Position numbers and translations under genes: made by a program. 64,000 nt of DNA from Mycobacteriales bacterium (GTDB taxonomy: Bacteria > Actinomycetota > Actinomycetes > JAFAQI01), in assembly GCA_035547035.1 (NCBI GenBank), contig DASZVL010000013.1, positions 66,503-130,502 on the forward strand. Direction: 5' to 3'. The notes beneath the pieces are model-generated. The model saw only the letters and a list, made by a program, of their open reading frames with translations. It did not search any database and was not told the DNA's origin. Of the stretch, positions 63,996 through 64,000 are shown piece by piece (within the stretch, counting starts at the first letter, position 1; each line of letters opens with the position of its first letter).

Positions 63996-64000
63996 GGTGA

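Overview
High-GC (about 70%) actinobacterial chromosomal segment with roughly 60 protein-coding genes. I found no rRNA, tRNA, CRISPR array, IS element or prophage. Most of the window is conserved core genome. Its gene order matches blocks known from mycobacteria and related Actinobacteria. One block runs WhiB7-like regulator (with leader uORF and attenuator), UvrD2-like helicase, mycoredoxin-like glutaredoxin, then a translationally coupled adnA-adnB-nudC operon, MoeZ, TetR, DUF3107, ferritin-like protein, RhlE and an orphan ParA. A second block runs MgtE-N/CBS protein, DUF1003, Mrp, TatB, HtrA, O-methyltransferase, GlgC and PepA. Accessory content includes a P450, acyl-CoA ligase and thioesterase cluster, an MFS pump, and secreted hydrolases. 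The most unusual part is the 3' end (54.2 kb to the window edge). It holds three tandem paralogous giant secreted proteins of about 1180 aa each. Each has a signal peptide, novel Cys-pair/Asp-Asn-Gly repeat modules, arrays of Big_1-type Ig-like domains, and a shared basic C-terminal domain of about 95 aa with no family I recognise. Other notable items are a family of about 75-bp intergenic elements with 24-bp perfect inverted-repeat arms, a repeat-containing acidic coiled-coil protein divergent from the TetR gene, and the apparent absence of sigE-rseA from an otherwise conserved htrA-tatB locus. Many long ORFs in the six-frame track are antisense artefacts of high GC and were rejected. All calls rest on motif recognition in the translations; no database search was possible.
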